This document shows, in pieces, positions 1 to 12,486 of a DNA stretch of 64,000 nucleotides (position 1 is its first letter; every line of letters begins with the position of its first letter). The stretch lies in contig JAPEUD010000002.1 in assembly GCA_026026165.1 (NCBI GenBank), forward strand, positions 372,001-436,000. Reading direction: 5' to 3'. The notes under the pieces were generated by a model, which saw only the letters and a program-made list of their open reading frames with translations, did no database searches and was not told the DNA's origin. The translations under genes were made by a program, and so were the position numbers. Origin of the DNA: Sarea resinae. Taxonomy: Eukaryota.

Positions 1-1
1 A

Positions 2-181
2 CGACTAACCGGCGAAGTCAAGAAACTGCCCAATCCCATGGCTGTGATACGACGCAAGCATGCCAGCTCGGACGCGATGGACCTTGACGGTGCGTCTGCC
101 GAGGAAAAGCTGGAGATCGTCGAGATTGTGCGCTGGAAGATATTGTTCTCGCAGCGGCCCGAGCCCGTCAGCGAGGAATGA
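2..181 (+). CDS. CTF8: Chromosome transmission fidelity protein 8 (Ctf18-RFC subunit), 3' end only
   Basis: Not in the ORF track. Frame from position 2 reads RLTGEVKKLPNPMAVIRRK...EEKLEIVEIVRWKILFSQRPEPVSEE* (TGA 179-181), matching the Ctf8 C-terminal pattern L.G.V.KL..P.AV...EIVEI...K..FS.RP.P as I recall it. Confidence 0.85.
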   Translation, partial: RLTGEVKKLPNPMAVIRRKHASSDAMDLDGASAEEKLEIVEIVRWKILFSQRPEPVSEE

Positions 182-657
182 TTCTGGGTATGAATGAAAG
201 AGCAGCAAGCAGATGGCCGGCCCCTCATCTCCTCCGCATTTCCTGCGGAGATGGTGTGGCAGCTGCATCTTGCAAGTTTCCTTGCTTCATGCAAGCCGAA
301 CGTTACGAACAAATCACGAGTCAGACTCGCCGTCAGGGTTCCAACCCTGGAAAACCATGGTTGCACAGAACGTTTGCACGTTGACTGGATGCAGGACGAG
401 TCATGAATATATCCGCAGGTAGTCTATTCATTGGTTCGGCCCTGCTCCAATCCGCTGCATGTCCCCGCGGAATGGACTGTCCTCGACGTCAACTATATTG
501 GACGAAAGTCAATGACCAACATGTTCCAATAATGAAAGCGGACTTTCAACTCCAGTGATGAGAATATGTATAAAGCATATGGTCAGGCGATTCATTGGAT
601 TTAGCAATCCCAAGGATTCTATCACAGGATCCATATTGGATTGCTGATTTTGTTGCC

Positions 658-2612
658 ATGGCGCTGATGGAATATCACCACGATCAGGACGCATTCATCA
701 GATCTCTGATTCTTCTGCCCTCGGCAGTACTACTGCTTCTCACGTTCTACCTGATTAGTCTTGCCATATATAACGTGTGGTTTCATCCTCTGGCTTCATT
801 TCCTGGACCCAAGGCTTTCGCGGCCTCGAGGATCCCATATCTCCGCCTTGCCCTGACTGGCCGTCTCGTCTTTACGGTTGCAGAATTGCATGATCGATAT
901 GGAGATGTCGTTCGTATTGGCCCAGATGAGCTCTCGTTTATCAATCCTACGGCCTGGAAAGATATTTACGGACACCGCCAAGGCCATCTCTCATTCCAGA
1001 AAGATCCAATGCTCTACAACACCGACACGAGAGGCGCGCGCGCTCTGCTCTCGGCCTTTGATGCCGACCACACGCGCATGCGTCGGCTTCTCTCTCACGC
1101 CTTCTCGGAGAAGGCGCTCAAGGAGCAAGAGCCCGTCCTCCAGTCCTACGCCGATCTCATGATCGACGGTTTGCATAAGCAAGTCAAAGGCGCAGCCCGC
1201 GGTAGAGTCGACATTGTGAAATGGTACAATTGGACCACCTTCGACGTCATCGGTGACCTGTCATTCGGTGAGCCCTTCAACTGTCTCAAAGACTCGAAAT
1301 ACCACCCCTGGGTATCTCTCGTCTTTGACTCGGTCAAGTCTGGCGTCATGATCAACGCCACAAAACGGTTCCCCAAGATGTTGGCCAAGTATATCCGTCC
1401 TTTCTTCGTCTCGAGGTCCATGTACCAGAAACGGCTCGATCACGACAATTTCAGTAGGGATAAGGTCGACCGCCGCATGGCTATGCAGACCGACCGCAAG
1501 GACTTTCTCGCCTACATCCTCCGGCACAACGACGAGAAGGGCATGAAGCGAGAGGAGATTTACGCCAATGCCGCGCTGCTGATCCTCGCCGGCAGCGAGA
1601 CCACAGCGACGCTCCTATCGGGCGTCACATATCATCTCCTGAAGAACCCCGAGACGCTCAAGACGCTCGTCGCTGAGATCCGTGGCGCGTTCACGTCGGA
1701 CGAAGACATCCATCTTGCTGCATTAAATGAGCTGAAGTATCTCAGGGCTGTGCTGCAGGAGGGTCTGCGCATGTATCCGCCTGTTCCAGGGTCCATGACC
1801 CGTCGTGTGCCGCCGCAGGGAGATTCAGTCTGTGGCCTCTGGGTCCCTGGGAATGTGAGTTGACTGCTCTATCTATTTGGACCTCACCTTTTTATCCCAA
1901 ACCCGGCCTGTTTTCTGACATATATAAGACGGCGGTGTCGGTGCCGCAGTACGCCTGCTTTCACTCCGACTCCAACTTCCACGCCGCGGATTCGTTCATG
2001 CCGGAGCGCTGGCTTCCGTCTTCCTCGGATGCCGACTCGGTCTTCGCGGGCGACAGCAAAACCGCCCTCCAGCCTTTCTCGGTTGGTCCGAGGAATTGCA
2101 TCGGCAAGAACGTGAGTTTGCCCTCTTCTCTTGTCGCTTTTATCTCGCGGATCTGGTATATCCTCTCCTAAATCGCCTTCACCTCTGCAATCATCGAATA
2201 GTCCTCGCCCGTCTGTTTCTAAAGTCCACCCACTACGCTCGGTACACATCCAACAACCCCACCCCATCCCACCTCACCTCACCTCATCTCACCTTATCTC
2301 ATTTCATCTCACTTCACGAGCTCATCCTCATGCACATGCGCACGCAACTGCCTAGCTACCTATCTCTAACATCCTCCCGTATCTCTATGGGACATCTAGC
2401 TCGCGCTCTCTGAAATGCGTCTGCTGCTATCCAAACTGCTCTTCCACTTTGACATGCAGCTCGAGCGCGGCACTGCTTGTGTGCACGAGAACGAAATCGA
2501 GAACGAGAAGAAGAACGACGACACCAACAACATCAACGACTGGGTCAAGAGCCAGACCATCTACACGCTCTGGCAAAAAGGACCCCTGATGGTGCGATTG
2601 AGCGAAAGATGA
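658..2612 (+). CDS. Cytochrome P450 monooxygenase (CYP65/Tri11-like), 3 exons
   Basis: Exons 658-1854, 1929-2111, 2400-2612 with GTGAGT donors and CTGAC/CTAAC branch points. N-terminal TM anchor then HPLASFPGP, I-helix AGSETTAT, EGLR (ExxR), PERW and heme motif FSVGPRNCIG joined to KN|LALSEMR. Confidence 0.93.
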
Positions 2613-2696
2613 AAAAGCCGTCGTCGTCGTGGGCGTCGAAAAACCTCTGCTGGAATGTTCCCGACCTGTTTGATGGATTGCTTTGTTGAAGGGTGC

Positions 2697-3192
2697 ATGG
2701 ATGGGATGGGATGGGATGGGACGGTATGAAAGAGTGGGTAGTGGTTGACAGTTAATAGGAGTGTCTGCGTCTGCATCTGTAGTTATCTGTCTGTCTGTAG
2801 GTCTCGTCTATCTATCTGTTAGTCTTGTCTTGTCTGCTAGTCTTACCCGTCCGCTCTGGCTAGCTGATTGGTTTAGACGGTGGTTTCAAGTGGTGGTGGT
2901 GGTGGCGATAGTGGTTTAGATGGTGGTTTATAATGCTACTACTACTACTACTACTCTTAAACTTTAAAACTCCTCTTTTCCCTCTCTTTCTCTAATGTAA
3001 TATCCTATATCCTATATTCTATATCCTCTACTCTATAGCCTACATCCTATACTCTATAACTATACCCTAAAAGCCATCTATATAGTGGTGGATATACCTT
3101 GACTACTCTACCTTGGCGTAGGTATATATAAATACTATCGAGCTATAGAGAGCTACAGAATTATAGGGCTATAAGAGTATTATCTCTCTCTT

Positions 3193-3255
<63 letters not shown>

Positions 3256-3680
3256 CCAAGGGCCAAGGGACCAAGAAACCAAGCTCACGGATGTCATCAT
3301 TGCATTAATCTCGTTGCATGTATGTATGTATGTATGTATGTATGCGTGCCGCAACCGAGGGCTCGTACGATAGGATGGATTAGATTCGGATCGGATCGAA
3401 TCGAACGAACATCTGTAATAGAGCCCGACTGGGATCGAAGAGAGGAGAGGAAAATTCGAAGAGAAGAGCGATAGGGATAGGATAGAAGGATAGAATATGG
3501 ATGCTAGAGGTTTAGAAGAAGAAGAAGAAGAAAGAGAGTAGATGCTATGCTGTGTGCTACGAACGGCAAGGGAGATTTGAAAAAACCATCGGATTCTTTT
3601 TTTTCTTTTCTATTCTTTTCTTTTCTTTCCCCTCAATGCCCAATGCTCGATGCTCGATGCTCAATGTGCCTAATGCCTAA
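2697..3680. repeat. Microsatellite cluster between convergent P450 and carboxypeptidase genes
   Basis: (ATGGG)4 2701-2720, TCTG-type runs ~2765-2835, (GGT)n ~2890-2905, (CTA)n 2936-2955, (CT)n 3183-3253, (ATGT)n 3318-3344, (GAA)n ~3515-3532, TTTTC runs ~3596-3630. Confidence 0.95.
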
Positions 3681-3760
3681 TGCCCTTGTTTCATCTGGTT
3701 GACCCGCCTGGCCTGCTCAAGAAAGATGCACTGCCCTACCTACAACCATCACCTTACAAA

Positions 3761-5826
3761 CTACGAGTCCCACGACCGAGGGACAACGGTCCAACTAGCA
3801 GCGGCCGCGGTCGCCGTGGCGCTGGGCGGCGTCGACTCGGTATGCGTGGCGTTGGCCGTGCCGCCCGTGGTGTTGTAGGCTGCGGTCAGCGGCACGTAGC
3901 CCGTGGCGACGTCGACGTCGTGGATGACGCGCGCGAACATGGCGAGCGCGGCCACGGGCTGGTAGGCCGGCACCAGATGGCCCGACTCGAAGACGCGCAC
4001 GAAGGAGAAGTTGCCGGCCTGGCGCACCTCGCCGTAGCTCTCGCCCTCGACCGTCAGCGGCACGTAGTCGGCGGCGCGGAACTGGCCCGCGTGCGTGTAG
4101 TTGACCGCCAGCGACACCGCTTGGCCGCCGAGCCAGTTGCAGATGTAGTCGGCGTCGCCGTAGTACAGGTTCACGCGCAGCCCGGCCGACAGCAGGTATT
4201 CGAGGTCGTCGATGAAGTTGGGGTAGACGAAGTCGCCCGTGTTCTGGAAGGCGTAGTAGACCTCGTTGTTGGCGTCTTGCGTGTAGTTCAGGTCGACGCC
4301 GAGCGCGTTTTGCACCGCCGGCAAGTTGACGTAATTTTCGTAGTACGATGGCGGTTCGGCGTCGCCTTCGAGCGCCGAGACCCGGATGTCGTAGGTGCCG
4401 CGGTTCGAGTAGGCGTAGTAGAGGCCTAGAGGTCGGTTGAGAAGACTGGTATCAGAGGAAACACGGGGGTGACATCCTTACCTTCGACGTTGTCGCGGCA
4501 CATGTTCTCCGCCTCGGCGCAGATGGACTGCTCGATCAGCGTCGTGTAGTTCGTCTCTCGGCAGAAGCCGATCTGTTGCAGGCAGCCGTTGTTCATGTTC
4601 AGGGCGAATTTCATGTAGTTGTAAACCGTGTCGTTGACCGCTTTGATGCCGTACGTGTTGTTGACCGCGAATTCGGGGTAGTACGGTGCCTGCGTGACCT
4701 CATCAATAATGCCGTTTCCGATCCCGAGACTGTGAAAGTCCAGATGGATCCCCTTGGCGGTTCCGTTGGCGATCTTCAGGTTTTCCTGGTAGAAGTAATC
4801 GTAGAATGCCGGTCTACGTGCGAGTCAGTCGCAACGTTACAATTGAGCCTCATGTGCTTCTTACCCGTAATGTCCTATCGGCGCAACACGTCAGCCTATC
4901 CTTTTTACTACTGCAACGACATGCACTCACCTCCGTAACTCTCCGTCCACAAGTTGAAAGACCGAGTGGTGATGTTCGAGTCCAGCTGGGTGAGTCCGCC
5001 GAGAATGCCCTGCAGCGCGTGATAGGTCGCCACGGCCGAAAGGTCGGTCGTGTCGAGCAAAGTGGCATTGATGAGAGGATATCCTGCAATCCCGAATCAG
5101 TACTTCTCGCAGCGCCTCCGTCTCTAGAAGCCTGCACTCACGGCCATCCACGCCGGCAATCGAGGCATTCTGGAAATCGCCGGTGATGGGGTTGATGGTG
5201 CCATTCCCTTCCGTCGCATACGAGAATCCCACGCCCAGCGGCTGAGAGATGAAGATCATGTTCGACTCGGTACTGAACGAGTGCGGATTAATGTAGGAGG
5301 TCAGATTCGGAGCCACCCGGCAGGGTCCCAATTCTGAAGATAGCATTAAGCATCATGCCATCAAACAGGAAACGTCGAGCATACCTTCGAAAAGCCCAAT
5401 CAGGGAATCACTTCCCGGACCGCCATTGAGCCACAAGGTGATGGGCTTGCTCGCGGGATCGGTCCTGGCTTCGAAGAACCAGAAGAAGGTGTGCGCATCC
5501 GGGGCGATATCGATGTAGCCCGAAAAGCTCTTGACACCTGAAGATCGGTCAGCTCCGAGCTCGTCTGGGGACTTGCATTGATCGCGAACCAGGCGTTGTC
5601 TGTCGAGCGGTCAGCAAGGCATCCTACGCAGAGGGACCACCACCGAGCTTTCACTCACCTCGCAGACACCCTCCAGGCCCGGCTCCTTGTACCGGATCGT
5701 GTAGTTCTGCGGCGTCTTGATCGTCTTGACTCGCGTGGGCTCGGCCGGCAGCTGTCTCGCGCTGATGAAGGCATCGGCGCCCAGAGCACCGAGCAGCAGC
5801 GTGGCCGCCAGCGAAGGCAGCCGCAT
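3761..5826 (-). CDS. Secreted serine carboxypeptidase (peptidase S10, carboxypeptidase S1-like), 8 exons
   Basis: Exons (minus) 5826-5659, 5599-5590, 5537-5385, 5333-5142, 5083-4931, 4874-4865, 4813-4482, 4425-3761. Signal peptide [16 protein letters not shown] (alternative ATG at 5841), WLNGGPGS, catalytic Ser in WTESYGGHYG, Asp in GDADYICN, His in ESGHLVP. Confidence 0.93.
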
Positions 5827-7356
5827 CGATTGACCGAACATGATGGCGACAGAGCAAGAGAGGCGATGGGTCACTGGGTCACTGGGGCACTTGGTCACTT
5901 CGTCACACAATCAAAACCAACCCGAGCACGAGCAAGGCGAGCTGGGAGCATTATAAACATCGGCGACCCAAGCTCGCCCGAGATGGATGCCCCCGCGGGG
6001 CTCTGTCAGCTACGGGCATGCGTCAGGTAGGTCGTAGGTCGATACGCAGACGCCAAGGGAGCTTAACGTTGGAAGCTCCCGGTTGAGGAGAAAGCAGGAA
6101 CCCCCCTTGCTCGATCCGTAGAAGCAGAGGAGATGAGCGCCGATCACGATCAATCAATGAGCGACGTCTATTGTTGCCTGCGTTACTCTACTGTCCTGTC
6201 GTCTTCTCTGCAGCACTCGCATGCACCTCGATACCGTTACGCACCAACATGGACCAAGTGGACATGCATATATGATCCTTTGACGGCACAGGCAAAGCAG
6301 CGAGGGCCGTCACTCGGTCGGTTCGTCCTTGGTCGAGTAGGTACTGGAGTAAGCAGTAGAGTGCTGTAGTACACCTCATGGAGTCGCCAGGAAGCAAGAG
6401 GAGGCGAGGAGACCAGGATCTCCATTGCCTTTGTTGTTGATGGGGCTCGTCAGGGTAAAGTGATTACCTTACCACTCCGGAGTACGTAGGAGGTACCTTG
6501 GGTACTCTACGTAGTACTCCGTAGTGCTCGTACTCGTCCTGTAAGTAGCCGGCCGTGCCTCCACTGTGCCGTGGTGGCTGACCGCCTATCATCCATTCAT
6601 GCCCCGACTACGATGCATCGGGAAGGTTCTCAGCTCGTCACTATGAGTAGAGTAGTGGGAGATCCAGGCACCAATGTCGGTCGACCTGACTAGCTGTACT
6701 CTGACTAGTCACTCCAGGTCGAGATCAAAGGACCGCCGCCATTGAGCCGCGCCCGAAGGATGAACACCTGAACGCCATTGATACCTGAGATAGCACTCTA
6801 CCGTAGTTCGACTCCGACAGTCGTGCTTCGCATGGGATAATTCAGTTCCATTGTTCCCATCCATGAGGTGGATAGCATCTGGCCATCGGACATGACGTCT
6901 GCACCTCGACGCCACCATGGGGGCTGGACAATGTGTGCGCCGCGGGCGGGGCCGGGGGCGGGCTGACAGGCACAGGGACAAAGAAGCATCCATCACCTGC
7001 CGGATCCAGCTAGCATCGGGATCCTCGTTCGAGTCGATGCTGCCTATCAGCACTCGGCCGAGTAGTGCACAGTACTACGTAGTAGTGCTCCCTGCAGCTT
7101 CCAGCTTCCAGCTTCCAGCTTCCATCTTCCATCTGCGTATTCTTTGTTCTCTCGCTGCGTCGGTGCCGTGACGTGATCGTCGCCTCTCATCGACTCATCC
7201 GTACCGGGTGCTCGAGGAAGGACGTAGTGGATGGTGGGCTGCATGATTGGACGCATCATCATGATGGCGGTTCTACTCTATATATCATGAATGTGTCAAG
7301 GTCAATACGAAAGATGTTAGACTACTCCGGCGAAAGCATGCGCGCGTTGTGGTTGC

Positions 7357-9950
7357 CTACAAGACACGACGCCTCTTGCTCAGCTGCTCAAACGTCTTTA
7401 TGATCGGACTGTCTTCCCACTCGAGCTCATGCGGCGAGGACCCGGCCGATCTGGCTTGCCCGTTGTCTGACTCCTCGCCCGTCCCGATGAAGACGTGCTC
7501 CCCGTCGCTGACCCCAACTCTCCAATACAGCGAGAAATCGCTCTTCTCGGGGCCCCCGCCGCAGCTGCCCGCCAGATGTCGCGATTCCGGCGAATTGATC
7601 GAGAGCGCAAACAGATTCTGCGGCTCGAAAAAGTCCGTGACCAGACCGCCCCGAAGGACGAAGTAGCCAAGACAGAAGCAGTTCGTCCCGAAGACTAGAA
7701 CCAAGACGACGTAAAAGATCCCTTGCCACGGTACTTGGCCGCCCGAGGCGTACTCTTGAGACCGGATCGAGGCATTGGATTTCTGATACACACCCGGCTC
7801 GAGGATGGTGCTCGGATGACTCCAGTAATCTTGAAAAGGCATCCCTTGAGAACCGAACAGCAAAGTGCATCCGAGCAGGACGGCCAGCGCTTCCGCGACG
7901 GATGGCTGCTTGTCGCTGAGTTGATATGACGTTGGGATCATCTGGGTTAAGACGCGGGAAGTTGTCGAATTTTCAATCCCGACGCCGATGACATCGCCCC
8001 AAGTCGATGCGGAGTCGACCCAGTCTCTGACCGTCAAGCCAACAGGCGCGTCGGGGTAGGATCGACTGAATGCCAGCTGATCATCTGCATCTTCGCAATG
8101 GGCTTGAATAACGTCTCGATTGGCGTCGATGCTGTACCTAGTGGAGCAAGCTGGAGTGATCTCAGCTCTCATGGAGCAAAGGACGTAATCATCCCGGTCT
8201 GATCCTTTTCCAAGCATGAACATGGAATCCGCCTGGTAACCTGTTCTATTAAGAACCGTGTTGTAATCTTTCGGATAGTCGGGAAAGACGGGTGCTCTCC
8301 GTCCATATTTTTCTCCAAATCCAAAGATGTCATCCACGGCTGTCTTATTTCCCCAGTACGTGCTGCTGGCCAAAGGGAGTTGACTCGGCCATACGTCCAG
8401 GTCGACTACCACAGCGGGCCACTCATAGTATACGATAGGCTTCAGCTCGTCATAGCTCATGTTTGCACAAAGTACATTCACGGCTGGTGAAGGCACGGAA
8501 GCGATGACGGAGTAGGCTCCTAAACCCTACGGGAATTAGCAAGGTTGACGAACTCAGGAACGAGACATACCTGTAGATCTTTGGGTTGCATGATGGCATT
8601 CTTGGGGTCGTGTGCGGCCCAATATACCCCTACATGAGGCATGGCCATGGTAACATTGTTAACAATCCGACCATTGACTTCGGATCCTTGCTCCATATCG
8701 CGCACTTCAATCCAATTTGCTGTGGCAGAAGTGTTGTATTTATAGCCAGAGCCTGACGGTCGACCTTTCAGAGCTGTGTCCACACGACCGTCTGAACTTA
8801 GCCTCTGATCCCAGTCACTCAGGTAATTTTGAAAATTATGGTACGCTTGCGAAGCGTGCTCGATTTGTAGACAGCTTGTCGTGTCCTCCTCCTTCAGGGG
8901 TATTGTGCAGATATGCGAAAGATAGGCAGGATTAGAGAAAGAGTGATTGTACAAGCCGACCATTTCTTTCGAGTTCCATGAACCAAAACTCAATTTCGGA
9001 CTAACGAGAGCATCTGATGCGGTGGTATAGAGAAGGGCGACCAAAGAGCCGACAAGGGCGATGATGCCCAGAAACGTTCGGCCAGCGTATTTGACACTTT
9101 CCCAATTCGTCATGATAGAGCCAGGCTGCTGTATCCAGGATCGAGTGCTCATATCGGCAATGGTGACACCTCTGGAAGACTTGCTGACTGCTCTCTGGCA
9201 AAGGGTTTGTCCCAAGAATGCCTCGAAAACCGTTACAAAGGATAATTCGATGGTTTTGGCAATGAGCGTGCTGAGTAGAGACACCGTCGAGGGTAAGAGG
9301 CCACCGTTTGTGCTGATATGTTTTCCATAGCGAGGTTTCACAAGAGCAAGGAAGAGATAAGCCCCACTTCCTATGGCGGAGTATATTGCCAATATTAGTA
9401 TCGTCACAGAGAGATGGCTCTTCCTTCCTTTGAAAATATGCCTCCGTGATCTGCAGTGCCCATTTGGGTGCTTATCCGGGTTTAAACCGGCAGCGGGTAG
9501 TGGTGGGCCAAGATACTCTGTGTCCAGCGGTTCTTCATTGTATGTCTCGAACAACGACTCCGGCCGCTGAGGCCTCGACGGATATTGGAAGCTTTGAACA
9601 GGTTCTGTCGGCCTCTCGCCCAAAGTGAGGCCAAAATTTTGTGAGCGATTCCTCGCATAGTTCGGAGGAGCATCTGCTGGACGGAGATCGGTCCTTTGCG
9701 GTGGCGAGATTGGAGGGATGCCTGCCCCGGTGCTGTGCCTTTCCACATTCCCCAGTCCGTACGCAATGTTCGCGCCATTGCTAGCATGGCCAACATCTTC
9801 CCCATCTTCTGTCAAAGCGGACCCGCGAGAGTCTGAGTCTGCGGAATCAAGCCGCGTGAACGGATGGGGGGGATGACGCTTGGAAGTTGGCAAGACGACT
9901 TCTCTTAAGCGTTGAGCATTGCCGGAACTGACTTTAGAACTCGGCGACAT
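7357..9950 (-). CDS. Uncharacterised fungal multi-pass membrane protein, 2 exons
   Basis: ORFs 8520-9989 and 7357-8496 join in frame via a 44-nt intron 8570-8527 (CAG|GTATGT...GCTAAT...TAG|GGT). Three N-proximal hydrophobic helices (SVTILILAIYSAIGSGAYLFLAL; LLSTLIAKTIELSFVTVF; IIALVGSLVALLYTTASDALV), a large luminal domain and a C-terminal TM (IFYVVLVLVFGTNCFCLGYFV). Start codon uncertain; ATG 9950 chosen. Confidence 0.8.
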
Positions 9951-11341
9951 GGAGACTCTATGCAGATGCCCTTGAGAGAATATTTCCAATACAGTAAAGC
10001 TAGAGCTCCGATCTCACCAAGGCGGACTGGCACAACTCAGACGTCTCAGGCTTTCGTTGCCACTCCCGCAGTTCCCGTTTCTGAAGGCGACAAAGAAAAT
10101 TCGACGATGAACAACAATACAGCAAACTTGCTCCAGTGAAAAGCTGCTCCAAGCCTTGATTGATAGCGAGCCTCAATGCTGTAGGTTTCGAGCGGCGAAG
10201 TATAAGTATTGAAGAGGTTCGCAGTGAGGATGGCTGTTGGTATAAGATATGGAGGTTGAAGCAGTTCATCCATTAGAAGCGATAGCCTCAGCATATCCCT
10301 AGGCGTCGTAGTCAGTATTAGACAGTGAGCTATTTCGCAAATTCGCCCAGCCCTACGTTCCGACGGTCAAAGCATGATGCGAGTATCCGTGTGCGGCTTC
10401 ATGCACGGTCGTCATCGTCCAGCAGAATCAAAGAAAGCCATCGATCGATGATAAGCATGCAAACCTGTGACTCGATATTCCAGCTTATTTGGAGGAAGCG
10501 GCGCTTTGGGGAAATTATCAGACAAAGGACGTTGAGCAATTGAGCGGCGTATAACGGCACGGTTGTCGAACAAAGGAAATTGCCTGAATTGGCGCAAAGA
10601 AACTCGTGTCCTCGTCAACATGTGTCGTCGTTAGCACCACTCAAGATACCAGTCGACTCCAAGTCAGTTAAAGTCAAAGCTAGGGGTTCTATAGTGAGAG
10701 TTTCATTTTGATTGATCGTAATACAATATAGAGCATATTCATCTGTGTCGCATTGTAAGATGCAGCTGCTTGAAGATTATGGCCCTATTAGATTCCTCAC
10801 AAATATACTTTGAATATTTCCATGTATGATCTAGCGCAATCCATATATGCCTGTGCAGACAGACATAGGCCAAATAATCTCAGAAGGTTTTCAAGGCCAC
10901 AATTATAGCATCGGCCGTCCGTCTTCTTTCCCTTGACTATGCTTATATCATATATCGTATCCCATGATGTGGGCGATGCAAAAAGCCAGTCTGTGCAACA
11001 GTGCAGCAATACTGCGATCGTGGGTCCTTCTGCAAAGAGGGCTTCGAGTTAGCTTTCTCTTCCAAGTTTTTACTTGGGACAATGGTGACGACAATAGAAG
11101 GTGGTTAGAAATATCAGACAGCAGTTGGTAACAATTTTGATGTCCACAGTGTTAATTCAGAACAGGTCTGTGTGAAATCGTGCTTCATCATTTGAATTTC
11201 TTTCGTAGATCAAGAGGGAAGAGGAGCTTAAAGCGAAACGAGCGGGGAAGCGGGACACTTACGGTGATAATGAATATACCGCTATGGTAATGGGAAATTG
11301 AATTTTTCATCATCAAAAAGATGTGATTAGTTCATGGACTG

Positions 11342-12486
11342 TCAATCAAGCTTTTTCTGTCTTTTGAAGAACCCATCGATCTTTTTCTGTCCCTCATCGT
11401 GTCTCGAGCTACCGATGCCGCCACCTGCGCGCTTTAAACGCTTCAGGTGCTTGTCGGAATTAATGGCCAGGATGCGCATCCTCCAGCCGTCCAGTTGCTG
11501 TGGCTGAGCCTCGTCTATCGGCACTCCAGTAATTACTGTATGCTTGGCAAGGACTCCATCTCCCGAGGATGTTGGCGGATGCGTGTTGAGAGATTGGGTC
11601 TCCATTGCAGCAGCGGCGGTGGTAGCGCCACCGATTTGTTCCGATGCTGATGCAAGAGCGAAACCGGAAGCAGAAGACGGTTGGAGGTCTATTTCTAGAT
11701 ATCCTGTGTTGGAGAACGTAGCCAGATATTCCAGGCCGGGACGACTGCTGTTGGATACATTTTCGGCATTCAACGAGATAGAATTTGGAGGAAAGCGGCG
11801 GAGGAGACGTCGCCAGAGGGTAGAGAGAATGATGCCATGAGAGACAACGGCTACGACTGGCTCGCTGGGTGCCTTGTAATTTGTCTTTTTCCCTTCACGC
11901 GTCTCCTTGGCAGTATTCACAGAAGACAGCAACAAAGGGAGTAAATAGACCTTCAAGAATTCTTCCATACGTGCGATCATCGAATCCTTAGATTCCATGT
12001 CCTGGAAGCCCGCATCGTTTTTGTGCTGTTCATAGTGGCTATCTCGACCAGACTTCTTCTTGTCTTTAGCACGAGCGTAGAAAGTTTTGCCTTCATAGAA
12101 GCCAAAAGCTTGCTCCCGCAGTATATCCAATTGCATCGTCTCCAACGTCTGATCGTGTTCAAGCTCGTCATCCTCGTGATGCGTAGAAGCAGGGCCTCGA
12201 GACTGCTGAGCAACTCGAATAGCTTCGGCGGTTTTAAAAGCGCGCTGAAGGTCCGAGGAGAAAAGAGCGGTAAGCCTAGGACCCGCGGCAGACAGGTGAC
12301 AGGCTAGGCGTTGAGTTTGCAGGACTCCATGATTTGTCAAGGGAGAATCTCGCGTTCCAGCGCTGTTGCAAATGATTCATTAGCCCCAATGGCCTGTTTC
12401 TCCCGATATTCTTCGGTCGAGACTTACTAGACTCCAGCAACATTATCAACAGTCTCAGCGTGCCGTATCAAAAAAAGGCGAGGCAT
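11342..12486 (-). CDS. Histidine phosphatase / phosphoglycerate mutase family protein, 2 exons
   Basis: Exon 1 MPRLFLIRHAETVDNVAGV (ATG 12486), intron GTAAGT...GCTAAT...CAG, then YAGTRDSPLTNHG. Motifs RHxET, SSDLQRAFKTA, LREQAFGFYEG, VVSHGIIL, SNTGY. Confidence 0.9.

Noticed and set aside
658..5826. Secondary-metabolite cluster around the P450
   Set aside because: Neighbours are CTF8 and a carboxypeptidase; there is no PKS, NRPS or terpene synthase backbone in view.
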